Of a stretch of 64,000 bases of DNA, positions 10,307-19,843 are shown piece by piece. Position 1 is the stretch's first letter. Each line of letters starts with the position of its first letter. The stretch is taken from assembly GCA_016935985.1 (NCBI GenBank), contig JAFGPW010000002.1, positions 65,991-129,990 of the forward strand, given 5' to 3'. Source of the stretch: Candidatus Woesearchaeota archaeon (GTDB lineage: Archaea; Nanobdellota; Nanobdellia; Woesearchaeales; JAFGPW01). Both the position numbers and the translations under genes were made by a program. Under the pieces are notes generated by a model. It was given only the letters and a program-made list of their open reading frames with translations. It was not told the DNA's origin and did not search any database.

Positions 10307-10816
10307 GTGGCCATCATGGGACAGGTTTGCCGGCTCGAGCAGCCGACAGGCGTGAAGGCGCCCGGCTTCTGCCTGTACGATACTGAAGGGAACGACATCT
10401 GCCTGCGCGACTATGCGGGCAGCTGGGTGGTGCTCTACTTCTACCCGAAGGACGGCTCACCCGGCTGCACGCTCGAGAACCTCGGCTTCTCGGACCATCG
10501 GGCCGAGTTCGACGGCATGCGCGCGATGGTGATCGGCGTCTCGCCGGACACGATCAGGAAGCACAAGAGCTTCACCGAGAAGCACAGGCTTCGGACCACG
10601 CTCCTCTCCGACTTCGACCGGAGGATCATCGACGCCTACGGCGCCGCGAGGAAGCGCACGATGTTCGGCAGGGAGTCCGAGGGCGTGCAGCGCAGCACGT
10701 TCATCATCGACCCTGCGGGGAGGATCGCGCACGCCTGGTGCAAGGTCAGCGTCCCCGGCCACGTGGACGAGGTGCTCGCGAAGCTCCGCGAGCTCCAGGC
10801 CGACGCCGAGGGGTGA
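10307..10816 (+). CDS. bcp: Peroxiredoxin (BCP/PrxQ)
   Basis: VLYFYPKDGSPGCTLE and RSTFIIDP motifs. Confidence 0.92.
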   Translation: MAIMGQVCRLEQPTGVKAPGFCLYDTEGNDICLRDYAGSWVVLYFYPKDGSPGCTLENLGFSDHRAEFDGMRAMVIGVSPDTIRKHKSFTEKHRLRTTLLSDFDRRIIDAYGAARKRTMFGRESEGVQRSTFIIDPAGRIAHAWCKVSVPGHVDEVLAKLRELQADAEG

Positions 10817-10849
10817 AGGTTTTTATACCCGTCCGTCCCCCTCGCTTCC

Positions 10850-11074
10850 ATGGATCCCGAGCCAGGCACCTACCTGCACTTCAAGGGAAAGAAGTATGAG
10901 GTCCTTGGGATCGCGAAGCACAGCGAGACCGGCGAGGAGCTCGTCGTCTACCGCGCGCTGCACGACGACTCGAGCCACGGCCCCCACGACTTCTGGGTCA
11001 GGCCGAGGAAGATGTTCCTCGAGACTGTCGAGCGGGACGGGAGGACGATGCGGCGGTTCAATAAGGTTGGGTGA
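10850..11074 (+). CDS. DUF1653 family protein
   Basis: YLHFKGKKYEV..HSETGEELVVYRAL..WVRPRKMF. Confidence 0.88.
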   Translation: MDPEPGTYLHFKGKKYEVLGIAKHSETGEELVVYRALHDDSSHGPHDFWVRPRKMFLETVERDGRTMRRFNKVG

Positions 11075-12049
11075 TCAGAGCGTCAGCCGCTCGATCTCCT
11101 CGACCACGCGGTCATCGACCTCTATCATGCCGGACGAGAGCGCGTCCTTGAGCAGCATGCCCGACCGCTCGCCGGGTATCCTGATCTCCATCGCCCACCT
11201 CGCGAGGCGCGACGACTTGATCTCGCTGCACAGCTCCTCGATCTCCTCGAGGAAGCGCTCCTCTGTCGTGAAGATCCGCGGGTCGATCACGATGAAGAGG
11301 TAGCCTCGGTCGAGGTCGCTCGCGACCTTGGATCCGGTCTTGCCGCCGACCATGGCCGCCATGATCTCGATCGCCATCGAGATGCCGTAGCCCTTGTAGC
11401 TGCCGAACGGCACGAGGGAATGCACCTTGTGCGGGTCGGTCGTGGGCTCGCCGTCGGCGTCGAGGGCCATGCCCTCCTGCACCTGCTCGCCCCGCTTCTG
11501 CGCATGCCTGACCTCCGCCATCGCGCGCTCCGAGGTCGCCATGTCGAGGACGAACGGGCACTCTTTCCGCGGGATGCCGATCCCCAGCGGGTTCGCGCCG
11601 AGGCGCGGGTCGATGCCGCCGTAGGGCGCGGTCCGGGGCCGCGAGTTGTTCATCACCCAGCCGATCATGCCGTGCTTCGCCGCGAGGTGCGCGTAGAAGC
11701 CGGGCATGACATACGATTCCATGTTGTGCATGCCGATGATGGCGATCCCGCGCTCCTCGGCCTTGAGGATCGCGAGCTCGATCGCGGCCTTCCCTATGAT
11801 CGAGCCGGGGTTGCCCTTGCCGTCTATCAGGGCATAGGTCTCGCTCTCCCTCTCGATAACCCACGGCCCCTCGGGCTCCCTGAGCCGCTCCACCGCCTTC
11901 GGGAACGCGGAAAGGCCGTGGCTCTTCTTGCCCGAGAGCTCGCCGTAGAAGTACTCCTCGATCATGGCCTCCGCCTCCTCCCCTGTCATGCCGCGCTTCT
12001 TCAGCACCTTGATGCACAGCTTCCGAAGCTCAGCGATGTCGGCCTTCAT
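11075..12049 (-). CDS. Ldh_2 family (malate/L-lactate/L-sulfolactate-type) oxidoreductase
   Basis: GKKSHGL, GANPLGIG, LDMATS, PFGSYKGYG and IRIPGER motifs. Confidence 0.9.
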   Translation of the reverse strand: MKADIAELRKLCIKVLKKRGMTGEEAEAMIEEYFYGELSGKKSHGLSAFPKAVERLREPEGPWVIERESETYALIDGKGNPGSIIGKAAIELAILKAEERGIAIIGMHNMESYVMPGFYAHLAAKHGMIGWVMNNSRPRTAPYGGIDPRLGANPLGIGIPRKECPFVLDMATSERAMAEVRHAQKRGEQVQEGMALDADGEPTTDPHKVHSLVPFGSYKGYGISMAIEIMAAMVGGKTGSKVASDLDRGYLFIVIDPRIFTTEERFLEEIEELCSEIKSSRLARWAMEIRIPGERSGMLLKDALSSGMIEVDDRVVEEIERLTL

Positions 12050-12188
12050 GGCATCCTCACAGTCCCCTCTCCTTAATTAAGATTACTCATGCCTATTGTA
12101 TCTATCAAATAATGGTAAAATTAATAAATGGGCTGGCTCTGGGCCTCTCCATCGGCGCCCGATATCGGGAGCCGAGGGGTGGTACCGG

Positions 12189-13895
12189 ATGATCGAACGC
12201 GCACTGATCTCAGTCTTCTCCAAGGATAATCTCGGCATGCTCGTCGAGGGGCTCGTCAAGGTCAACCCGAGGATCGAGTTCGTCTCCTCGGGCGGCACCG
12301 CTAAGGCGATCCGCGGCATGGGCGACTACAATGTCGCCGATGTGTCCGACATCACGGGATTCCCCGAGGCCTTCGGCGGCAGGGTGAAGACCATCAATCC
12401 GCTCATCGAGGGCGGCATCCTCTACGACCGGCACGATCCCGAGCACGTCGCGACAGCGCAGAGGCTCGGCGTGAAGCCGATCGACCTCGTGGTCTGCAAC
12501 CTGTACCCGTTCGACAAGGTCTCGGCGGATCCCAACGCCAAACTCGAGGACATCATCGAGAACATCGACATCGGCGGACCGACGATGGTGATCTCCGCGG
12601 TCAAGAACATGAACAGCGTCGGCGTGCTCGTCGACCCGACAGACTACCGGACCGCGATAGCGCACCTGAAGAACAACGGCGGCGAGCTCAGCCAGGCCTT
12701 CCGCGAGACGTTCGCCGCGAAGGCGCTCAACTACCTCGCCGACTACCGGGCGAGGAACGCGACAGTCCTCACCGAGAAGCTGACAGGAGAGAAGTCCGTC
12801 CGCCCGTTCTACCGGAACGGCGTCGTTCTCCGCTACGGCGAGAACCCTCACCAGGCCGGCATCACGTACAAGTCGCCGACAGACGTCAACGGCATCGCGC
12901 ACGCGGACGTCCTCTACGAGGGAAAGCCCCTCTCCTACAACAACTGGACCGACGCCGACGCGGCGGCGGCGATCGTCGACGACCTGATCAGGACAGGCGC
13001 GGGGCATGCGGCCGCGGTCGTCAAGCATGCGAACCCCTGCGGGATGGCGACCGGCGTGACTCCGGCGATGGCGCTCGCCCACGCCTGGGCAGGCGACCCG
13101 GTGTCAGCGTTCGGAAGCATCATCGCGCTCTCGTCGCCTGCTGACGATGGCGTGCTCGAGTTCCTCAAGGAAGGTGTCTACAAGGAGAAGCAGTTCGTCG
13201 AGCTCGTGATCGCCCCCGGCTACTCGCAGCGCTTCCTCGACTGGGCGAAGGCGGAAGGCGAGTTCGCGGGCAGGAAGCCGAAGAACATCCGGCTCATGCA
13301 GTATCACTTCCCGGGGAAGTACCCCTCGCTCCGGACCGATGCGACCATCGGCAGGACCATCTCGGGCGGCTATCTCGAGCAGTCTTTCGACGGCACGCTG
13401 CTGCCTGCGCCCATGGCCGAGCTGATGCGGCCCGCAGGGCCTGAGGAGAAACGGGGTCTTGTCGCCGGCACGAGCGTCGACCCGGCGATGGAGGGCCTCT
13501 TCACCTTCTCCGTGCTCGCGGCCAAGCACCTGAAGTCGAACGCGATCGCCATCGGCTACGAGTACGACGCTGGCAAGTACCTGCTCATCGGCGCCGGCAT
13601 GGGCCAGCCGAACCGCGTCGACTCGATGAGGCTCGCGGTCGACCGGGCGCTCGACTACATCCACCGCTCCGGTATGTTGATGCGCCAGGATGAGGTGCTC
13701 GAGAAGAAGACCGTCGTCGCGAGCGACGCCTTCTACCCCTTCCCTGACGGCCCGCTCTACGCGCTCAACCAGGGGTTCAGGAATTTCATCCAGCCGGGCG
13801 GGTCGGTGAACGACACGGAAGTCATCAAGGTCATGGACGGCTGCCTCGCGAGGATGATCCTCACCGACGGGCATCGCCACTTCAGGCACCAGTGA
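12189..13895 (+). CDS. purH: Bifunctional AICAR transformylase/IMP cyclohydrolase
   Basis: RALISV, GRVKT, VVCNLYPF, IDIGGPT, LRYGENPHQ, KHANPCG, SDAFYPF and RHFRH motifs. Confidence 0.95.
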   Translation: MIERALISVFSKDNLGMLVEGLVKVNPRIEFVSSGGTAKAIRGMGDYNVADVSDITGFPEAFGGRVKTINPLIEGGILYDRHDPEHVATAQRLGVKPIDLVVCNLYPFDKVSADPNAKLEDIIENIDIGGPTMVISAVKNMNSVGVLVDPTDYRTAIAHLKNNGGELSQAFRETFAAKALNYLADYRARNATVLTEKLTGEKSVRPFYRNGVVLRYGENPHQAGITYKSPTDVNGIAHADVLYEGKPLSYNNWTDADAAAAIVDDLIRTGAGHAAAVVKHANPCGMATGVTPAMALAHAWAGDPVSAFGSIIALSSPADDGVLEFLKEGVYKEKQFVELVIAPGYSQRFLDWAKAEGEFAGRKPKNIRLMQYHFPGKYPSLRTDATIGRTISGGYLEQSFDGTLLPAPMAELMRPAGPEEKRGLVAGTSVDPAMEGLFTFSVLAAKHLKSNAIAIGYEYDAGKYLLIGAGMGQPNRVDSMRLAVDRALDYIHRSGMLMRQDEVLEKKTVVASDAFYPFPDGPLYALNQGFRNFIQPGGSVNDTEVIKVMDGCLARMILTDGHRHFRHQ

Positions 13896-13930
13896 GCGGA
13901 CCTTCCCGCCCTCTCACTGCCGACCCCTCA

Positions 13931-14272
13931 TCAGGCCTCAGGCATGCCGGTGAGCATCACGATGACCGCGTCAGGCGCCTTCTCCTGGAACTTCCGCGCG
14001 ACCCAGTCGGCCTTGGCGGCGACGAGCGTGTCGTAGACGAAGATGTCCACGCCCGGCGGATAGAGATACATCTCGAGCGCCTTGCGGCGCTGCCCTGCCT
14101 CTGCCTCAAGGCTCACATCGCAGACGGTGATCCTCTTCCGAGGACCCACATCCCCCTGCTCCATCGCATAGAGGGGATCAGGGAACCGCCTCCTCAGGAT
14201 GTCCATCGCCGAGCGCGTGTAGTGGTCGAGCAGCGGGTGCGCGTCCTTATAGTCCCATGTGGTGATGGTCAT
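13931..14272 (-). CDS. Hypothetical protein
   Basis: 113-aa ORF with plausible composition and an upstream TATA-like element. Confidence 0.6.
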   Translation of the reverse strand: MTITTWDYKDAHPLLDHYTRSAMDILRRRFPDPLYAMEQGDVGPRKRITVCDVSLEAEAGQRRKALEMYLYPPGVDIFVYDTLVAAKADWVARKFQEKAPDAVIVMLTGMPEA

Positions 14273-14311
14273 AGGACCCTATAAGGGCCGCTCATATAAT
14301 AATCCTGCTCC

Positions 14312-14896
14312 TCATCCGGCAGCCGTCCGTCCCCTTCTCCCGGTCAGATTCTTCCGGGCATACGACCAGGCCGTGTAGAACACCGGGCCCATCGAGAGGT
14401 AGACCGCCTGCATCCAGCGGGGCGCGTGGATGCAGTCGCAGACCGGCAGCCCGGGATAGCTGCCGGTCGGCAGGTTCTGATAGCCCCAGACATGGTAAGC
14501 GATGGTCTCGAGGGTCATGAGCAGCAGCCAGTACGGGAGCGTGAAGAGCAGCAGCCGCATCCGGAAAGGGAGCCTCCACCGCTTCTCCGCATGGGTCATG
14601 ATGACGCCGAGATAGGCGAGGCCGAGGCTCCAGGCGAGGAAGGCGAAGGTGTTGAACGTGCCGATCATGGGCGAGGTGAAGGCATACTGATAGATATCGC
14701 CTGCGATCGCCACCCAGACAAGCGCGAAAGCAGTCCCAATCAGCACCATCCTGATGAGGCGCTTCCTCCCGGTGAAGTGGAGATAGGGATAGAGCAGGAG
14801 GTGGGCTGAGAGGACGACTGCGAACGGGTCGAGCAGCGGCAGGAGGACCATCACGGCTGCCGCCGCAACGATATCCATGGTCAGGATACGGTCCAT
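14312..14896 (-). CDS. Hypothetical membrane protein
   Basis: Hydrophobic ORF. The start MDRILT lies about 23 nt after TTTATATA. Confidence 0.7.
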   Translation of the reverse strand: MDRILTMDIVAAAAVMVLLPLLDPFAVVLSAHLLLYPYLHFTGRKRLIRMVLIGTAFALVWVAIAGDIYQYAFTSPMIGTFNTFAFLAWSLGLAYLGVIMTHAEKRWRLPFRMRLLLFTLPYWLLLMTLETIAYHVWGYQNLPTGSYPGLPVCDCIHAPRWMQAVYLSMGPVFYTAWSYARKNLTGRRGRTAAG

Positions 14897-14940
14897 GCGC
14901 CGCTCCCAGCACGCGGTACTATATAAATTTTCAGGGAAAA

Positions 14941-15095
14941 CCGGCGTTGCTGAGAAAGCGGCCAGAGCCAGGGGGCGAAGGCTGCGGTAGAGCCCTTCCA
15001 AAGGCCGGTAAGGGGAATTCCTTTAAGGGGATCCCATCTCCCGAGGGTCTGGTGCGTGCCTGAGCGTCGGGTGTGGGCCTTTGCGTCGGCGCCGG
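14941..15095 (+). ncRNA. Candidate structured RNA/ssDNA element, copy 2 (family unknown)
   Basis: Closing stem CCGGCGTTG/CGGCGCCGG with G-U pairs; the core is homologous to 3590-3651. Confidence 0.55.
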
Positions 15096-15165
15096 CCCGA
15101 GCGAAGGCGAGATTTTCAACAGAGCCGAGAAAACCATTAAATAACCCCTCGCGTAACCTCCTTCC

Positions 15166-15480
15166 ATGGCGCTCAAGGAGGTCCAGCAGGACGTCGACCG
15201 ATGGGCCAGGCAGTTCAAGGTGCCCTACTGGCAGCCGCACGAGATCCTCGCGCGCCTCGCCGAGGAGCAGGGCGAGCTCGCCCGCGAGATCAACCACCGC
15301 TTCGGCCCCAAGCGCAGGAAGCTGGAGGAGAGGGACGGCGACCTCGGCGAGGAGATGGCAGACATCGTCTTCACGCTCTGCTGCCTCGCGAACTCCCGGG
15401 ACGTGGACCTCGACTCCTCGTGGAAGAAGGTCATGGGAAAATGTTACGGCAGGGACCAGGACCGCTACGCGAAGAAGTGA
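15166..15480 (+). CDS. MazG-like nucleotide pyrophosphohydrolase (YpjD-like)
   Basis: LAEEQGELAREINH..EEMADIVFTL. Confidence 0.9.
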   Translation: MALKEVQQDVDRWARQFKVPYWQPHEILARLAEEQGELAREINHRFGPKRRKLEERDGDLGEEMADIVFTLCCLANSRDVDLDSSWKKVMGKCYGRDQDRYAKK

Positions 15481-15489
15481 GGCCGGCGC

Positions 15490-15939
15490 TTACAGCTCCT
15501 TCTCCATGATCCTGTTCACCCACGCGCTCCGGATCGTCTTGTAGCCGAGCCTGCGATAGAGCCGCACGCTCGGGTTGTCGGAAAAGACCATCAGACTGAT
15601 GCGCCTCATGCCCCTGCGCCTCGCCTCGCGCTCGACGCGCCGCAGCAGCATGGTGCCGATGCCCTTGCCCTGATGCGGGCCGGAAAGGTGGATCTCATGC
15701 AGGCGGCAGGCGTCGCCGTAGCAGCCGGCCATGTAGTAGCCGATGCGCCTGCCTCTCTTCTCGACGATCCTGATCCTGTCCTTCCAGAACCTCATCCGGA
15801 ACTTCCTCGGCGAGAACCCGCTCATGTGCCGCTCGAAGTAAGGCCCCATAAGCCGTCGGGTGAGGTCATGGCAGAAGCGGTAGTCACGGTCGCCGCAGCG
15901 GCGGACCGTGATGTCACCTGCGCTTGCGGAGCGCCTCAT
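15490..15939 (-). CDS. GNAT acetyltransferase
   Basis: HQGKGIGTMLL and NPSVRLYRRLGY motifs. Confidence 0.85.
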   Translation of the reverse strand: MRRSASAGDITVRRCGDRDYRFCHDLTRRLMGPYFERHMSGFSPRKFRMRFWKDRIRIVEKRGRRIGYYMAGCYGDACRLHEIHLSGPHQGKGIGTMLLRRVEREARRRGMRRISLMVFSDNPSVRLYRRLGYKTIRSAWVNRIMEKEL

Positions 15940-16366
15940 TCCTCGACCCCCTGCTGAGCACGATCGGCCGGGCGCGCTGGAGATGATAGGGCTTAGGCAG
16001 CTTCGTCGTCTTCCGCGCACCCCTGCTCATCTGTTCCGTCTTCACGTACTCCCCGAGAGCGCGTGTCATCCGCACCACCTTCGCGAACTTGAGCAGCCGG
16101 AAGAGGGCGGTGAACGGAACGATCGCGAGGATGTCGAGCCAGCAGTGATGGAAGAAAACCTCGGGATCGCGGTATCGCCGGTACTCGATCACCAAGTCGA
16201 TCGCGAAGCAGGCGATCACGATGCCGTCGACGATCCGTATGGTGGCCTCCTGCTCCGGCGTGAGGTAGACGAACATCTCGATGAAGACGAGCCCCACCGA
16301 TAGGAAGATCAGGAAGAGGATGGCATGCTCGAACCTCGTGACATGGTCGGTGACGCGATTGGCCAT
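15914..16366 (-). CDS. Stand-alone ion-transport (voltage-sensor-like) domain protein
   Basis: WLDILAIVPF followed by an S4-like basic helix LFRLLKFAKVVRMTR; no pore domain. Confidence 0.72.
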   Translation of the reverse strand: MANRVTDHVTRFEHAILFLIFLSVGLVFIEMFVYLTPEQEATIRIVDGIVIACFAIDLVIEYRRYRDPEVFFHHCWLDILAIVPFTALFRLLKFAKVVRMTRALGEYVKTEQMSRGARKTTKLPKPYHLQRARPIVLSRGSRNEALRKRR

Positions 16367-16488
16367 GGCCGCTTAAAAAGAACCTCTCTATAAAAAGGTT
16401 TGCCGTTCTGCAGGGTAGCTGCAAGCCGGACCGCACCCTTTGGTAGATTTATATAGGAGTGCCGCCTACCCGAATGCGGTGAACCGCT

Positions 16489-17235
16489 ATGAGGATCGCA
16501 TACGCAATCGGGATCATCGCACTGCTACTTGCCGCGGGCTGCACGACGCAGCCTGAGAGGCCCATCGGCGGCGACATGGACGAGCACGGCTGCCTGATAG
16601 CGGCAGGCTATTCCTGGTGCGAGGAGCGCCAGAAGTGCCTGCGCAGCTGGGAGGAGGAGTGCACGCCGGTCGTGCCGCTCACCAAGGACGATGCCTACCG
16701 GATCGCCGGCGACTCCCTCTGCGTCCAGATGGGGGCGCTCTCCGACGAGGCGAGCAGGAACGACATCACCGGCTCCTGGTGGATCGGGCTCGAGATGAGC
16801 CCTGAGAACGAGAAGCCGGGCTGCAATCCCGCTTGCGTGGTGCTCGACGAGAGCAGGAACGCGGACATCAACTGGCGCTGCACCGGCCTCATCCTTCCCG
16901 AGGAAGGCGCTGTCTCGTCCTTCGGCGAGTGCGTCGCGGCGGGGAATCCGGTGATGGAATCCTACCCGCGCCGATGCCGCGATGCCGAAGGGAACACCTG
17001 GACCGAGGAGCTACCGCCGAGCGGGCCTTCGGACGTGATGCGCATCCCGAAGGAGATCCTCTGCAACGACGCCGGCGGCACGTGGCTGCCAGCGTATGAG
17101 GAGTGCGAGTACGTCTCAGAGGAGGACTGCGTCGGGATGGGCGGCGAATACTTCGAATGCGGCTCGGCGTGCCGGAACGACCCTGAGGCGGAGATCTGCA
17201 CGCTGCAGTGCGTGCCCTACTGCGCGCTCGCGTGA
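16489..17235 (+). CDS. Secreted Cys-rich lipoprotein
   Basis: Lipobox LAAGC; GGDMDEHGCLIAAGYSWC and FGECVAAGNPVMESYPRRC modules. Confidence 0.8.
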   Translation: MRIAYAIGIIALLLAAGCTTQPERPIGGDMDEHGCLIAAGYSWCEERQKCLRSWEEECTPVVPLTKDDAYRIAGDSLCVQMGALSDEASRNDITGSWWIGLEMSPENEKPGCNPACVVLDESRNADINWRCTGLILPEEGAVSSFGECVAAGNPVMESYPRRCRDAEGNTWTEELPPSGPSDVMRIPKEILCNDAGGTWLPAYEECEYVSEEDCVGMGGEYFECGSACRNDPEAEICTLQCVPYCALA

Positions 17236-17289
17236 AGCGGGCATTTTTATATGCTCTCTTTTTGTACTTCCTCTTACTCCGTCCTTCTC

Positions 17290-17505
17290 ATGCCGATCGC
17301 CATCGACTATGGGCGGTGCTGCTGGAAGGACGGGGCATGCGCCTCGTGCAGATGCGGCGGCGGGGCAGCCTGCAAGGGATGCGTGGAGGCGTGTCCGACC
17401 GGTGCGCTCACCCGCGGGAGGAAGGTCGAGTTCGACTCTTCGAAGTGCATCGGCTGCGGCCAGTGCGCCGACGCATGCGCGCACGGCGCGATAACGCCCG
17501 AGTGA
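17290..17505 (+). CDS. 4Fe-4S ferredoxin
   Basis: CKGCVEACP and CIGCGQCADAC. Confidence 0.85.
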   Translation: MPIAIDYGRCCWKDGACASCRCGGGAACKGCVEACPTGALTRGRKVEFDSSKCIGCGQCADACAHGAITPE

Positions 17506-17516
17506 GCGTACTCGCA

Positions 17517-17912
17517 TCATGCCCCTTCCTTATACCGTCTGTAGGTACGCACGAGGTAGTGTAGCACGTTGTACTCGGCGTTCACCAGCCCTTCCCTTTT
17601 CGGGGCGCGTGCGACGACGACGTTCGCCTTGTCGAGATAGGGAGCCGCCTGCGCGACGACCGCCTCGAGCGTCCCGTCCCACGCCAGCGTGCGCTTGGTG
17701 TGCGCAGGAACCGAGAAATTCATCCTCACCGGTCCGAGCGCGACATAGTCGGTTATCTGCCTCTCCGAGACCTCATACGTGTTCATCTCGTCCTCGGCGA
17801 CGATGACCGCGTAGCCGGCGCGCGTATGCGGATCGTTGATCTGGGTGAGCGTGAGCCACTCCCGGCCCGAATCGAGAACGTCGGTGAGGGTATCATGATC
17901 GATCGGTATCAC
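17517..17912 (-). CDS. Hypothetical protein
   Basis: 131-aa ORF translationally coupled to the upstream MutS-like gene. Confidence 0.6.
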   Translation of the reverse strand: MIPIDHDTLTDVLDSGREWLTLTQINDPHTRAGYAVIVAEDEMNTYEVSERQITDYVALGPVRMNFSVPAHTKRTLAWDGTLEAVVAQAAPYLDKANVVVARAPKREGLVNAEYNVLHYLVRTYRRYKEGA

Positions 17913-19675
17913 CTCTTCCTCAACTCGCCGACCCGCGTCGCGTCCTTCGCGTACTTGCCCTGACGGATGTCCTTCTCCAGGCTCGCGTACAGCCCCTCGC
18001 GGGTGATGCCGATCGCCTCGCGCTGGAGGTTTCCGTACGACCTCTCGCGTGCGTCCCGGATGACGCGATGGGTGAACTCGATGCCGCTCCCATTCTGCCG
18101 CGCCTCGACCGCGAGGTTCATGCTGTGCGGCAGCTCGCCGGTCTCGACGGCGTCGGCTATCTCCTGCTTGTGCGTGGTGAAGTAGGCGGTGATGCCCTTC
18201 ATGACCAGGTGCTCGAGCACGATCTTCGTCGCCTCCACCGACTCAACATGGTCGGTGCCGTTCGCGAACTCGTCGAAGAAGACGACTGAGTAAGGGGTGG
18301 ATGCGTGGTTGCCGTTGCTCGGGTTCGTGAACTCCTTCACGCGCTTGAGCTCGGTGAGGTACAGGCCGGTGCCCTGTTCAGTGTCGTCCTGGTAGGTGTA
18401 GGAGGTGAAGATGCCGTCGATGGTCGAGAGCTCGGCCTTCTCCGCCGGCAGCCACATCCCGATATGGCTCAGCCAGTACGCCTGGCCGACGTGCCGGATG
18501 TAGGTGGTCTTTCCCCCGTTGTTGGGGCCGGTCACCACGAAGACGTTCCGGTCCTTGTCTGAGATGATGTCGTTCGTGACGACATCCTCCGCCTCGAGCG
18601 CCTTCATAAGCGTTGTGTTGTAGCCTCCTTCGATGACGGTCCGCTTCTCCTCCATCGGGAGGAACGTCGGTCGGGTCACCGGGACGCCGCGCTCCGCCCA
18701 CTCCCGCTGCACCTTCGCCGCGCCGATGAGGAAGCCGAGCGTCTGCATCGAGTCGTGCAGCTCCGCCTCGGGAAGCTTGGCGTAGACCGCCTCGTTGATG
18801 AGGTCGAGCCAGTAGTCGGTCAGCTGGTGGTAGCCACTGTTGTGCGTGCGCTGGAAGTTGTCGAGGCCTCCCTCGAACACGAACAGAATCTTGTTGTAGA
18901 AACCCTTCCTCTCCTCGAGCGTCTTCTTGAGATTCACGCCCTCTGCCTCGTTGTTGAGGAATCCCTCGAACCGCTCCTCGTCGAGGAGCCTGCCCGTTAT
19001 CTCGATCATCTTCTCTGCGGTCGCATAGAGGTGCCGGCGGTTCTCGACCGACTCGAGGTCCCCATGTCCGAGATCGCACCGCATCTTCGCCGTCGCGTTC
19101 CCCAGGTCGTACTCGCGGTAGAGGGCATTCATGAACTCCTTGACCTTCTGGAAACCCTCATCCGCCGCGAACCGTGCGCCGAAATCCTGGATGCTTGTCA
19201 GGTAGGCGCTCTTGGCCTGTGTGGGAGCGGTGATCGCCTCGATGAGATTGACCAGGAGGTTCGCCCTCTCGAGCCTCTGCACATGCTCATCGCGCATATC
19301 GTGGGAGAAGTGCTTGTCATGCTGGAACCGGTCGCCGGCGAGCTTGACCTCCTGCGCCCACTCCGCGAGCACCTTGTCCTCCATGAGCTCGCCGATCGCC
19401 TCCTGGCGCTCGACGAGGACGGCAGTGTCGTTCGTGGGGTTGAGGAAGATGTGCTCGTTGTATTGCTGCTGCTCATTGCCGACGCCCCATGAATGGGCGC
19501 CATCGTCCACTTTCCTATGGACGACCTCGATCTCGAGGTCCTCGTAGGCCGGTGCGTTGTAGCCGACGTTCCCTTCCGTCCGCACTTCTATCATAAGGCC
19601 GAAGCTTTCGTCGCGCTCCTTGAACCGCTTGAGATACTGGTTGAAGTATTCCTTCGTCTTTGTGACAAGATCCAT
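17909..19675 (-). CDS. MutS-family ATPase (domain V only, no mismatch-binding domain evident)
   Basis: VVTGPNNGGKTTY (Walker A), FFDEFANGT (Walker B) and YFTTH. Confidence 0.85.
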   Translation of the reverse strand: MDLVTKTKEYFNQYLKRFKERDESFGLMIEVRTEGNVGYNAPAYEDLEIEVVHRKVDDGAHSWGVGNEQQQYNEHIFLNPTNDTAVLVERQEAIGELMEDKVLAEWAQEVKLAGDRFQHDKHFSHDMRDEHVQRLERANLLVNLIEAITAPTQAKSAYLTSIQDFGARFAADEGFQKVKEFMNALYREYDLGNATAKMRCDLGHGDLESVENRRHLYATAEKMIEITGRLLDEERFEGFLNNEAEGVNLKKTLEERKGFYNKILFVFEGGLDNFQRTHNSGYHQLTDYWLDLINEAVYAKLPEAELHDSMQTLGFLIGAAKVQREWAERGVPVTRPTFLPMEEKRTVIEGGYNTTLMKALEAEDVVTNDIISDKDRNVFVVTGPNNGGKTTYIRHVGQAYWLSHIGMWLPAEKAELSTIDGIFTSYTYQDDTEQGTGLYLTELKRVKEFTNPSNGNHASTPYSVVFFDEFANGTDHVESVEATKIVLEHLVMKGITAYFTTHKQEIADAVETGELPHSMNLAVEARQNGSGIEFTHRVIRDARERSYGNLQREAIGITREGLYASLEKDIRQGKYAKDATRVGELRKR

Positions 19676-19696
19676 GATCGTTCACCTTCGTCCTGT

Positions 19697-19837
19697 TCAG
19701 TCCGCCTGCTTCATCTGCGCGATCGCGCGCTCGAGGATGTCGACCGCCGGGTAGTCGAACCTGCGCTTGCAGCGCGGGCACGCCTTCGGCGTCTTCACCC
19801 TCGTCATCCAAGTATAGTCGCAAAAGTCGCATCTCAT
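19697..19837 (-). CDS. Small zinc-ribbon protein (46 aa)
   Basis: Not in the ORF track. MRCDFCDYTWMTRVKTPKACPRCKRRFDY... has two CxxC pairs and a GGTGA RBS. Confidence 0.75.
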   Translation of the reverse strand: MRCDFCDYTWMTRVKTPKACPRCKRRFDYPAVDILERAIAQMKQAD

Positions 19838-19843
19838 GTCGTA

